The notes under the pieces are model-generated. The model was given only the letters and a program-made list of their open reading frames with translations, was not told the origin of the DNA and made no database searches. A stretch of 64,000 nucleotides of DNA, taken from Bacilli bacterium. GTDB lineage: Bacteria; Bacillota_I; Bacilli_A; ML615J-28; CAG-698. The stretch spans positions 149,202-213,201 of the forward strand of contig JAVBLL010000008.1 of assembly GCA_031553555.1 (NCBI GenBank), written 5' to 3'. Below, piece after piece: positions 10,072 through 19,270 of this stretch. A program made the translations under genes and the position numbers. Each line of letters starts with the position of its first letter. The first letter of the stretch is position 1.

Positions 10072-11307
10072 ATGGAACCACTAGCATACCGTTTAATGCC
10101 AAAAAAATTCGCTGATATAGTTGGGCAACAACATTTAATTGGTGAAAATGGATTTATTTATAAATCAGTTAAAAATAATAAACTTTCTTCAATAATATTA
10201 TATGGCAAACCAGGTATTGGAAAAACCACTATTGCCAATGTCATTTGCAATGAACTAAATATTCCTTCAGCCATTTTTAATGCTTCGGTTGATAATAAAG
10301 CAAAACTTTCTGCAGCAATTAATACTGCCCAGCAACATGAACGCTATATTTTAATTATTGATGAAATTCATCGTATGAAAAAAGATATTCAAGATTATTT
10401 ATTGCCACATGTTGAAAAGGGAACAATTATTATGATTGGCATTACTACGGTGAATCCTTATCAATCAGTTAATCCTGCCATTCGCTCACGCTGTATGGTA
10501 TATAAGCTAAATGATCTTTCAAACTCTGATTTAGAATTAATAGTTAATAAATCACTAACCACTATTGAAGAAAAAGCAATAATCGATGATGATGCAAAAA
10601 AATATTTAATACAAAATGCTAATGGTGAAGTTAGAACTTTAATCAACTTTATCGAGAATATTCATTTTATTGCTAATGAGAATTTACATATAAATCTTGA
10701 AATGGCAAAAATGGTAGTTCAAAAGGCTGCCATTGATATGGACGCTAATGAGGATAGTTTTTATGATACACTAAGTGGTCTTCAAAAATCCATCCGCGGA
10801 AGTGATATAAATGCTAGTCTCCATTACTTGGCAAAATTATTAATTAGCGAAGATTTAATTTCAATTACTAGAAGACTAAGTATCATCGCTTATGAAGATA
10901 TCGGTCTTGCCAACCCTTCAATGGGACCTAAAGTTAAAGCGGCTTGTGAGGTTGCCTTAGAGGTTGGACTCCCGGAAGCGGTTATCCCGCTTGGTGCTGT
11001 TGTTTGTGATATGGCCTTATCACCAAAATCTAATAGTGCATATTTAGCCATTTTTGCAGCAATGTCGGATATTGAAAATGGGAAAACCGGTAAACTTCCG
11101 GTTCATTTAAAAAACACTTATGCATATGATAGTGAAAAGGGAACTTATAAATATCCTCATGACTATCCTGATGCTTGGGTAAATCAACAATATTTACCAG
11201 ATAAAATCAAAAATGCTGAATACTATATTCCAAAAGATTCTAGCAAATATGAAGAAGCTTTAAAAGAAAGATATTTAGCAATTAAAAAAGGCAAAGGACA
11301 AAAATAA
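10072..11307 (+). CDS. rarA: Replication-associated recombination protein A (AAA+ ATPase RarA/MgsA)
   Basis: 411 aa with Walker A GKPGIGKTT, Walker B ILIIDEIHR, and RarA C-terminal MgsA_C region (SGLQKSIRGSD… HYLAKLL). Confidence 0.85.
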   Translation: MEPLAYRLMPKKFADIVGQQHLIGENGFIYKSVKNNKLSSIILYGKPGIGKTTIANVICNELNIPSAIFNASVDNKAKLSAAINTAQQHERYILIIDEIHRMKKDIQDYLLPHVEKGTIIMIGITTVNPYQSVNPAIRSRCMVYKLNDLSNSDLELIVNKSLTTIEEKAIIDDDAKKYLIQNANGEVRTLINFIENIHFIANENLHINLEMAKMVVQKAAIDMDANEDSFYDTLSGLQKSIRGSDINASLHYLAKLLISEDLISITRRLSIIAYEDIGLANPSMGPKVKAACEVALEVGLPEAVIPLGAVVCDMALSPKSNSAYLAIFAAMSDIENGKTGKLPVHLKNTYAYDSEKGTYKYPHDYPDAWVNQQYLPDKIKNAEYYIPKDSSKYEEALKERYLAIKKGKGQK

Positions 11308-11322
11308 TATTTATTAATTAAT

Positions 11323-11366
11323 AAAACCCTAAACGAAAGTTGATACTTCGTTTAGGGTTTTATTGA
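11323..11366. terminator. Bidirectional intrinsic terminator between convergent rarA and lipoprotein gene
   Basis: AAACCCTAAACGAAAG-ttgat-ACTTCGTTTAGGGTTT hairpin flanked by A/T runs on both sides. Confidence 0.55.
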
Positions 11367-11395
11367 TTTTGTTAATTATTTAATATATTCTAATA

Positions 11396-14332
11396 TTATG
11401 ATAATGCTGCAAATTTAGCCTCTGCTTTTAATAAAATATTATAATTATATACAATAATCTTTGTATTACTATCAAGAGCACCATATGCTGCTCTTGCAGC
11501 AAGTATTTCTATCTCATCAGCTGATGTAATCTCTTTATCCAATATACTAATTAAATAAATCGCATTCTCTGCTGCTGAATAATCTAGATTTTCCAGTGCC
11601 TCTTGGTAATCTTCTATAGTTGCATATAGACTACCTATTGTATATCCTGCATCTTTCTTTACTGCAGATGCTTCAATTCCATCTAAGTAATTATTAGTTG
11701 GAGTAGCAAACGATGCAGTAGCATAAGAATAGAAATGATACAATGTAGGTGCATTATTAGTACGGAAATTTGTCATTGAATTATAAACTATAGTGATAAT
11801 AAAATTATTAAAATCAGCTGTTTTTTCTGGATCGATATAAATACCATTTAATGCCTTATTTATTTTATTAAACATCATTGTTATTGATGTTTTAGCAGTT
11901 GCCGGAACCTCACCACCTGCATAATATCCATAAATCGCATAAGCCGCATTAACTACATCATCCATTGTATTATAACGTATATCCATAGCGACTTCTTCAA
12001 AACGAGTTATATGTAAACCACGATAACCTGCCTTTACAATAGTATTATTATTAAAGCTAAAAATGCCGCTTAAACCGCCCTTTACATTTCCACCAGCATC
12101 GCCAGTTATCAAAATGTCACGAGCAAAATCCTCAAAATAATTAGTGTCAATTACTAGATTTTTCACTGTCATTAAATAGATTGCTCTAACACTACTTGAG
12201 CCTTTGATACTATAGAATCTATTACGATCAATATAAATATTTTCTCCATATGTATCATTAGTAGAAATATGAAAAAATGATAAATCAGAACTGTATGATA
12301 TTGAATAAACATTATTATGACTGAAATAAATATTTTTCACAGTCATACTACCTTTATTATAAACTCTAGATGTACCAGTAAAGGCTAAGCCATTTAGCGT
12401 GATATAATCAGCTGCAAGTTCAACTAAACCAGTAATTATTGCCTCATCTTTTCTTGCACTATTTCCTGTTATATTATAGTTTGGTCCATAAATCTTAACT
12501 GATTTATCTATAACAATTTTTTCTGTATACGTTCCAGGAGTAAGGGTAATTGTACTATGAGCAGCAACAATACTGATTGCTTCTGTAACTGTACTAAACA
12601 TATTAACGCCATAAATATAAGCTCTGCCATCTACTGTCACAATAGTACCAATAGTTGATTTTTCAGCTCTCACATCGACGAATTGATAAGTAAATGCACT
12701 TTCAACAATTACCGTTACTTCATCAACAAATGATGAATCAACTGTTGATATAATCGAGATTTTTGTTTCTCCTGCAGATACTCCTGTGATTTTTCCATTT
12801 TGATCAACTGTTGCAACACCAGTATTGCTAGACGACCAAGTAAATCCAGTTATGGCCGTTTTTGGCAATGCTTCTGCTTGCATTTCAAAACTGTTTGTCT
12901 CCCCAATTAGCATATATAATGGAGCCGAAGTTATTTTAACTCCCGATAGAATAATACTAAGAGATGCTTCAGCAGCTGTTAATGTTGCATAATTTGTCAC
13001 AAGACTTTGCAATGAACTAGGTAATGCATCGTAGGCAGTTCTTGCAGCAACAACTTTATCTTCATCTGCTGGTAAAACAGTTGCTGGTATTGCCTTAATT
13101 AAATTAATTGCATTATTAACTGCTGTTGTTTTTGCAGTTGCAAGGGCTTCTTCTGCACTTGTTAAAGTTGCATAATTTGTCACAAGACTTTGCAAACCAG
13201 ATGCTAGTGCGTCATACGCTGTTCTTGCAGCAACAATTGCCGCCTCACTTGATAAATCAATCGTAGCAGGTATTGCCTTAATTGCATTGATAGCCTTATT
13301 TGCTGCCGTTTGTTTTAATTCAGCAAGCGTTTCTTCAGCACCAACTAATTTATTATAATTAGTAACTAATACTTTTGTAGTTGCTGATAATGCATTATAT
13401 GCTGCTCTTGCTTCAATAATTTTTTCTTCACTTGTTAAAGTAACCGATGATCCTATTTCATCAATTTTACCTTTTACTGCATTTGCAGCCGCAGTTTGCA
13501 AAACGCCTAACGCAGTTATAGCTTCTTCTAAATCATCAGCATTTGTAACTTGTGATTGTAACGAAGTAGGTAGTGCATCATATGCAACTTTTGCTGCTAA
13601 AACATCCTCTTCATCAGAAAGGGCAATAGTCGCAGGTAGACCAGAAATTAAGCCACTCACTTCGTTAATTGCCGCCGTTTGTAAAGCAGTTAAAGCAGTT
13701 TCAGCACTCGTTAAAGTAGCATAGTTAGATACTAATGCCTTTGATTCAGTAGATAATGCATCATACGCCGCTCTTGCCGTTCCAATTGCTGTTTCACTTT
13801 CAAGATTAACAGTCGCTGGAATTGCAGCTATTAAAGCCTTAACATCATTAGCTGTATTTTGTTGTAGAGTTTTTAGAGCTGTTTCAGCACTCGTTAAAGT
13901 AGCATAATTAGTAACCAGTGTTTTTTGATCACTTGTTAATGCATTATATGCCGTTTTCGCCTCATCTATTGCACTTTTATCCGATAACTTTATTACCGCT
14001 GGTAAAGCAGTAATTTTATTAACAACTGCCGTAGCTTTAACTAAATTATCCGCTGCTGTTTTCAAGTTTTGAATATCACCTAATTTTTGTTCCAGAACAT
14101 CAAAACTCTTCACATATTCCTTTTGCTTGTCTGTTAATGCATCATATCCCTCTTTTGCACTATTTACTGCTGCTTCATCAGTTAAAGCAACAACTTCAGG
14201 TAACAAAGCAATTTTATCATCAATTTCTTGAGCAGCCTTTTTGTCTGTTCCAGTACAAGCAACTAAAAAAAGAGCCAAAAATAATACACAACTATATATG
14301 AATATTTTGGCAATTGATTTTGTCTTCATCAT
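11396..14332 (-). CDS. Large surface lipoprotein: signal peptide/lipobox, ~8 tandem ~60-aa helical repeats, Big_2 Ig-like domain, right-handed parallel beta-helix domain
   Basis: 978 aa. N-terminus MMKTKSIAKIFIYSCVLFLALFLVAC (lipobox LVAC). Repeats of the form LPAT(I/V)xLSDExAIxxAxxAYDALxxxxKxLVTNYATLTSAExAL. A Big_2-like segment (ITGFTWSSSNTGVATVDQNGKITGVSAGET). A beta-helix segment shared with the 20456..22906 protein. Confidence 0.6.
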   Translation of the reverse strand: MMKTKSIAKIFIYSCVLFLALFLVACTGTDKKAAQEIDDKIALLPEVVALTDEAAVNSAKEGYDALTDKQKEYVKSFDVLEQKLGDIQNLKTAADNLVKATAVVNKITALPAVIKLSDKSAIDEAKTAYNALTSDQKTLVTNYATLTSAETALKTLQQNTANDVKALIAAIPATVNLESETAIGTARAAYDALSTESKALVSNYATLTSAETALTALQTAAINEVSGLISGLPATIALSDEEDVLAAKVAYDALPTSLQSQVTNADDLEEAITALGVLQTAAANAVKGKIDEIGSSVTLTSEEKIIEARAAYNALSATTKVLVTNYNKLVGAEETLAELKQTAANKAINAIKAIPATIDLSSEAAIVAARTAYDALASGLQSLVTNYATLTSAEEALATAKTTAVNNAINLIKAIPATVLPADEDKVVAARTAYDALPSSLQSLVTNYATLTAAEASLSIILSGVKITSAPLYMLIGETNSFEMQAEALPKTAITGFTWSSSNTGVATVDQNGKITGVSAGETKISIISTVDSSFVDEVTVIVESAFTYQFVDVRAEKSTIGTIVTVDGRAYIYGVNMFSTVTEAISIVAAHSTITLTPGTYTEKIVIDKSVKIYGPNYNITGNSARKDEAIITGLVELAADYITLNGLAFTGTSRVYNKGSMTVKNIYFSHNNVYSISYSSDLSFFHISTNDTYGENIYIDRNRFYSIKGSSSVRAIYLMTVKNLVIDTNYFEDFARDILITGDAGGNVKGGLSGIFSFNNNTIVKAGYRGLHITRFEEVAMDIRYNTMDDVVNAAYAIYGYYAGGEVPATAKTSITMMFNKINKALNGIYIDPEKTADFNNFIITIVYNSMTNFRTNNAPTLYHFYSYATASFATPTNNYLDGIEASAVKKDAGYTIGSLYATIEDYQEALENLDYSAAENAIYLISILDKEITSADEIEILAARAAYGALDSNTKIIVYNYNILLKAEAKFAALS
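12950..14250 (-). repeat. In-frame tandem coding repeats (~180 nt unit, ~8 copies) inside the lipoprotein gene
   Basis: Near-identical DNA blocks, e.g. gcttcttctgcacttgttaaagttgcataatttgtcacaagactttgcaa at ~12975 and ~13150. Repeated TLTSAE/YDAL peptide motif. Confidence 0.5.
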
Positions 14333-14454
14333 ATTTTCCTCCTTATGATAAACGTTTATGAAAACGTTACAATAATTATATCACTTTTCAACAAAAAAAA
14401 CAACCATTTTAATATTATGATTGGTTTTTAAGTAAATATATTGGTCAATATAAA

Positions 14455-15696
14455 TTATTCTGAGAGACCTGCTTTGCTACGATAAAATTCCTTCAACCAA
14501 ATCCCCCATGTTTTTAAATATTCATTGGAAAAGTCATTAATATATGGAGCATCAACTTTTAAAATAGAGCATTCTCTTGGTCCTGTGGAAATATTCCAAG
14601 CAATATAACTAATATTAAGATTATCAAGCAAATCATACCAAGCCTTTCCCGATTCCAAATTTATTGAACCATATCCCTGAGAATTCATCAATGCATGCTC
14701 TGTAACAAAAATTGGAAGTTTATTATTATAAGCAGTCTCCACCATTTTCCTATGTGATTCCTTGTGAGTATCTGCATAGAAATGATAAGTATACATGATA
14801 TTATCAAATTTTATTGGATTTTTAATAACTGAATCCAAATCGCTTGAATAATTCGGGGTGCCTACGATAATTATTGCCTTTGGATTATTATTCCTAATAA
14901 TTGGAATGATTATATTTGCGTATTTTTTAATATCATCCCAAGTGGTTGTACCATTTGGTTCGTTGCAAATTTCATATAATATGTTTTCATTATCCTTGAA
15001 TTTTTTTGAAATATAATTAAAAAAAGACGAAGCTTCATTTATCCAGTTTAATGGATTTTTATCCTTGACTTCTTCAGCGCCGACAATATGCCAATCTACA
15101 ATTGCATACATATCTAAACTGGTAATATCATTAATAGCTTTTACCATCATAGTTTTTAATTCATTTTGATAAATGCCATTATCTTGGCAATATCCGCCCT
15201 TTTGTGATGTGTACATTGCTAATCTAATTGTATTGATTCCAAACTCTGTCTTAACATTGGCAAAAGTATTATAATTAATGAATTGAGGAAAAAAATTAAA
15301 ACCATGGGTTGACAAACCAAACAACTGAACTTTCTGAAGGTTTTTGTCAACTAAATCCGTGCCAATAACTGAGAGATTCCCATATTTCGAAAATCCATCA
15401 TATGCATTAAATACTTTTTCTAAAGCAGCTATTGCATCTTCCAAATAATTAATATTATTTACTAATAATTTTTGCTCACTTGTCAATTCGTTATATGCCA
15501 TAATTGCATCATCTATTGCCGTTTTGTCAGATAATTTTATTACCTTTGGTAATGCATTTATTTTATTAACTACTACTGTATCTCTTGTAAGATTGTCTGG
15601 TGTTAATTTTAAATCTTGAATTCCATCGTGTTTTTGTTGCAAAATATTGTAGTCCATTATATACCCCTTTTGTATATTTATAATAATTTTTTTCAT
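14455..15696 (-). CDS. Glycoside hydrolase family 5 (endoglucanase/mannanase-like) with N-terminal copy of the neighbouring lipoprotein's repeat unit; no signal peptide
   Basis: 413 aa with GH5 hallmarks (YEICNEPNG catalytic acid region, VTEH nucleophile region, (beta/alpha)8 pattern). Residues 20-95 match the ALPxVIKLSDKxAID…YNxLTSxQK repeat of the 11396..14332 product. Confidence 0.6.
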   Translation of the reverse strand: MKKIIINIQKGYIMDYNILQQKHDGIQDLKLTPDNLTRDTVVVNKINALPKVIKLSDKTAIDDAIMAYNELTSEQKLLVNNINYLEDAIAALEKVFNAYDGFSKYGNLSVIGTDLVDKNLQKVQLFGLSTHGFNFFPQFINYNTFANVKTEFGINTIRLAMYTSQKGGYCQDNGIYQNELKTMMVKAINDITSLDMYAIVDWHIVGAEEVKDKNPLNWINEASSFFNYISKKFKDNENILYEICNEPNGTTTWDDIKKYANIIIPIIRNNNPKAIIIVGTPNYSSDLDSVIKNPIKFDNIMYTYHFYADTHKESHRKMVETAYNNKLPIFVTEHALMNSQGYGSINLESGKAWYDLLDNLNISYIAWNISTGPRECSILKVDAPYINDFSNEYLKTWGIWLKEFYRSKAGLSE

Positions 15697-15706
15697 TTAT
15701 CAAACA

Positions 15707-16408
15707 TTAATTTTCGAATAGTATTTTATATATTTTTTCAGGATTTTCAAGCATTGTTTTGGTTATAGTATAATGATTTGTTTCTTTATAATCTACCTTT
15801 TTCATTTGATTATTGTCAATCAAAAACAAATCCGCATTAGGATATGACATAATAATGGGCGAATGGGTAAGAATTATAATTTGTGATTTATCATTTTTTT
15901 CCAAATCATATATTATCCTTAACAATCCTAATTGATTTTGTGGAGACAATGCCGATTCTGGTTCATCCAGTAAAAAAATTCCTTCATTGAAATTATTGAA
16001 TAATTCCAAAAAACTTTCTCCATGCGATAGCTTTGAGAATTTTTTAGGATAATATCTTGATATTTCTTTATCTGATTCTATATAATTGTAATATGTATCA
16101 AATGTATCACTTCTAAAATAAAAGCCTTTTTTTGTTTTATGCGACCAACTCATTGTTATCAAATTGTCTTCATTTAATTGTTCATCAGCATAATTACTAC
16201 TAGAATTTCCTCCAAATATATTAAATCCAATATTTTTAGCTATTTTTTTCATAATTGTTGACTTTCCACAACCATTTTCACCAATAATAATAGTTACTTT
16301 TTTGTCAAATAATAACTCAAAGCCTTCCTTGAATAGCTCAATATTAAAAGGATATTCATTACTATTATTTTTCAATACTGAAACTCGCTTTAAATATTTC
16401 ATACTCAC
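15707..16408 (-). CDS. Stand-alone AAA/ABC-type ATPase (AAA_21/SMC-like head)
   Basis: 233 aa with Walker A GENGCGKST, signature-like LSHGES, Walker B LLDEPESAL and H-loop LTHSP. No partner nuclease or permease adjacent. Confidence 0.55.
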   Translation of the reverse strand: MSMKYLKRVSVLKNNSNEYPFNIELFKEGFELLFDKKVTIIIGENGCGKSTIMKKIAKNIGFNIFGGNSSSNYADEQLNEDNLITMSWSHKTKKGFYFRSDTFDTYYNYIESDKEISRYYPKKFSKLSHGESFLELFNNFNEGIFLLDEPESALSPQNQLGLLRIIYDLEKNDKSQIIILTHSPIIMSYPNADLFLIDNNQMKKVDYKETNHYTITKTMLENPEKIYKILFEN

Positions 16409-16562
16409 CCCAAATTATTAATTCGCTTTTTTATTATAGCACACAATCTCAATTAATTCAATATTCTTATTATTCAATATAGATACAAGAGTATTAAAAT
16501 CAAATATGTCCCTTTGAATTTCGCCCCTAATCGCTTTTTAGTGAATGTATTCATACTATTCA

Positions 16563-16606
16563 AACAAATAAAAAAAGTGAAATAAATTGATTTTATCCCA
16601 CTTCAT
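16563..16606 (-). terminator. Putative intrinsic terminator downstream of FtsK-like gene
   Basis: Minus strand AAGTGGGATAAA…TTTATTTCACTT stem (with G·U pairs) followed by TTTTTTT. Confidence 0.3.
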
Positions 16607-16609
16607 TTA

Positions 16610-18322
16610 TTATTTAATTATTTTATTCACTTCTTCAATTGTCACTAAAGCAGTTTGAATTCTTTTTTTGGATGTTTCTTTTATATATATTGCTTCACCA
16701 GGTTGTTCTAAAACATTAAATTGACTACTTTCTAAAAGAGCAATTTTTTTATTTTTTAAAGAGAAAATCATTTTATGCTTAAATAAACTAAAAAGAACTG
16801 TAGAAACCTTTTGTGGTTCCCTAGATATATACAATGTATAGATACCCACATCTTTTCCTAATTGAATGATATACATAATTTTGTCATCAATGTAACGAAA
16901 GTCATTTGTTTTATTATACTCATCAATTTGAATTACATAAACTATTCTTCGCATTTTAACCTTTTTATCCATATCTTGTTTTATATTATATTCATCAATT
17001 TGACGACATTTATTTTCACTAAGTAATTGAATTCTATCATCAATTTCCCTGATTATGCGATTCAAATATTCTTTAATTTCTGTTTTTTCTATTTCCTTAA
17101 ATAATATAGCATATTGAGAGAAATCGCTGAGTTCATCATATAAATTAAAGACTATTGTTTCTGTACCCATTTTAACCAGCATTGACATGATATAACTAGT
17201 AACAAATGTTCTAATACCTGATTTATATTCGCCAATTAAAAGCATATTCCCATCTTTAGATATATCAATTTCTTCAAGCTGATTTTTTAAATTAATGCCA
17301 ATAGGCAGTAAATAATTATTTTTGAGCACACTTTGCATTAATAACATGCTTTTGATAGTTAATATGCAAATATGTTTGTTATTCACCTCAATATTAAGGC
17401 TTTTATCAATGCGATGTATATAAACTCTTTCATCAAGTACGGCGGTCAATTTTTCACCTACTATATTACATTCATATTCACTATATATGGAATATGTAAA
17501 ACATGTAGCACTATAACTTACCGATAACTGTTGTTCTCGATGTTGCAAAGAGAGGTTATTAAATATTGATACTATTAAACCTTTTAATTCATTTGCATAT
17601 TTTTCTTGGAATTCCATAATATTTGAATTGCGATAGTCGTCAAATATTTTTAAATGTAAATCCTTATTTTTATCATATATTGAGATTATTTCATTTTTAT
17701 TTTTTTTGCCGATATCATACTTAAAGAAATTTGAAAATGATTTTTGATATTTACCAACATTTTTAATTCTTTTAATCACAATTCGCCAAATTTCAATTAT
17801 TGATTTGTTGACAATCATTGTAAATCCAAACAAAATACTCAAAAAAGCGACTAGTCCTACCCCTATTGATCCCAATAGGTAATATACTAAATAGAATAAT
17901 ATGCCACCTATAATACCTCCGCCTAAATATGTATCCGTCCCACTTTTTATGAAACCCATATAATGACTCCAAGTACTTTTGAAATATGACTGGGTAGTGG
18001 ATAATACATATTTATGAACTGGGAAATGTGTGATCATTAACAATCCTAAAAGACAAAAAATATAACCAACAAAGCGCTGATTTTTAAAGTTAAAACTGCG
18101 ATGATTTAATATACTATATCCACCATAAATAAAAATTGCTAAAACAGCTAATAAATACCAATCCCCAAACGCAACCTTAAATAACATCGTCAACAAAACT
18201 CCAACTCGTCCGAGTTGGGCAACTACAATAATTGATAATATGACAACTATAAAACCAATGGCTTCATAGTAAAATACAGTTTCTTTTTTGTCCTGTTCAT
18301 TTTTCAACTTCTTATCTTTCAT
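16610..18322 (-). CDS. FtsK/SpoIIIE-family membrane protein with degenerate P-loop (pseudo-translocase)
   Basis: 570 aa. N-terminal FtsK_4TM-like region with four helices and GxxG motifs. C-terminal motor-like region where the Walker A position reads LLIGEYKSGIRT (not GxxGSGKS) and the Walker B-like region reads RIVYVIQIDEY. No gamma domain. Confidence 0.45.
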   Translation of the reverse strand: MKDKKLKNEQDKKETVFYYEAIGFIVVILSIIVVAQLGRVGVLLTMLFKVAFGDWYLLAVLAIFIYGGYSILNHRSFNFKNQRFVGYIFCLLGLLMITHFPVHKYVLSTTQSYFKSTWSHYMGFIKSGTDTYLGGGIIGGILFYLVYYLLGSIGVGLVAFLSILFGFTMIVNKSIIEIWRIVIKRIKNVGKYQKSFSNFFKYDIGKKNKNEIISIYDKNKDLHLKIFDDYRNSNIMEFQEKYANELKGLIVSIFNNLSLQHREQQLSVSYSATCFTYSIYSEYECNIVGEKLTAVLDERVYIHRIDKSLNIEVNNKHICILTIKSMLLMQSVLKNNYLLPIGINLKNQLEEIDISKDGNMLLIGEYKSGIRTFVTSYIMSMLVKMGTETIVFNLYDELSDFSQYAILFKEIEKTEIKEYLNRIIREIDDRIQLLSENKCRQIDEYNIKQDMDKKVKMRRIVYVIQIDEYNKTNDFRYIDDKIMYIIQLGKDVGIYTLYISREPQKVSTVLFSLFKHKMIFSLKNKKIALLESSQFNVLEQPGEAIYIKETSKKRIQTALVTIEEVNKIIK

Positions 18323-18432
18323 AAAATCACCTTAGCATTATTAAACCATATAAGTGATAAAAAAGACGTCGAAAAATATGAATAATAAAAAAAAGCTTAA
18401 CACATTTATATGTTAAGCTTTTCTAGTAAAAA

Positions 18433-18588
18433 TTATTTTTTAGTTTTTTCTTTATGTAAAGTTTGTTTTTGGCATTTTGAACAGAATTTTTTTTGTTCAA
18501 TGCGATCAGGAGTGTTTTTCTTATTTTTTTCAGTTAAATAGTTTTCTTCTCCACAAACTGTACACTTCATTAAAAATGTTACACGCAT
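18433..18588 (-). CDS. rpmG: 50S ribosomal protein L33
   Basis: MRVTFLMKCTVCGEENYLTEKNKKNTPDRIEQKKFCSKCQKQTLHKEKTKK shows the L33 zinc-ribbon pattern (CxxC…CxxC). The upstream ORF extension in the track is not real; a GGGGGTGGA RBS precedes this ATG. Confidence 0.8.
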   Translation of the reverse strand: MRVTFLMKCTVCGEENYLTEKNKKNTPDRIEQKKFCSKCQKQTLHKEKTKK

Positions 18589-18821
18589 AGATTTCCACCC
18601 CCATTCTCTTAAACTACTATACATTATACTATTTTTGTCATAATTTTGCAAGGCTTTTCTGAAAATTGATTTTATAAAGTTTGTTTACATTTTATAGTTA
18701 TCATATTGTAAAAAACATTTTATGTCTTTTACAATCAAAACTTGTTTTTTTTCCAAAAATATGTTATTATTATTAGGAAATAATTAACTGTCATAATATA
18801 TATAAATTAGGAGGAAATTAA

Positions 18822-19265
18822 ATGATTGACTTATCCAAAATTGAAATTATCGAGGAAGAAGTAAAACCTGCGAAATTAACAAAAGATGAAAAAAAGAAAT
18901 TAAAAGTAATTAAAAGACTAATTAATGAAGAATTTAATGGACCTTATGCTGCCAAACTTCTAAAAGTGTCGACAAGACAAATTAGAAATTTAAAACGACA
19001 AGTTTTAATAGAAGGTGATGCGGGAATTATTCATAAAAACAAATATAATAAACCTATTAATACCTATGATGAAGAAATACGTATTGAACTTGCCAAAATT
19101 TACAGGCGCGAATTTCGTGGGGTTAATTTCACTGAATTTGCCAAAATAATGCAAGATGAACGAGGTTTTGAACAATCTCGAAGCACTATTTATAATATTT
19201 TACGTGAACAACATATTCGTTCACCACAAAGAAAGACGAAGAAAAGAAAGAAAGTTTCTGAATAA
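18822..19265 (+). pseudogene. Orphan N-terminal HTH fragment of an IS481/ISNCY-type (integrase-core) transposase; DDE domain absent
   Basis: 147 aa. HTH plus the motif block GIIHKNKYNKP… NFTEFAKIMQDERGFEQSRSTIYNILREQHIRSPQRK typical of the N-terminus of rve-type transposases. The ORF ends with a basic tail immediately before ispG; no integrase catalytic core follows. Confidence 0.4.
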
Positions 19266-19270
19266 CAATA

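Noticed and set aside
12950-14250. Tandem repeats considered as a possible CRISPR array
   Set aside because: The period is ~180 nt with no short conserved repeat/spacer alternation, and the repeats are in-frame inside a long ORF encoding a repeated helical peptide.
18589-18651. N-terminal extension of the L33 ORF (MQNYDKNSIMYSSLREWGWKS…)
   Set aside because: L33 is ~50 aa. A good RBS (GGGGGTGGA) precedes the internal Met, and the extension has no homology.
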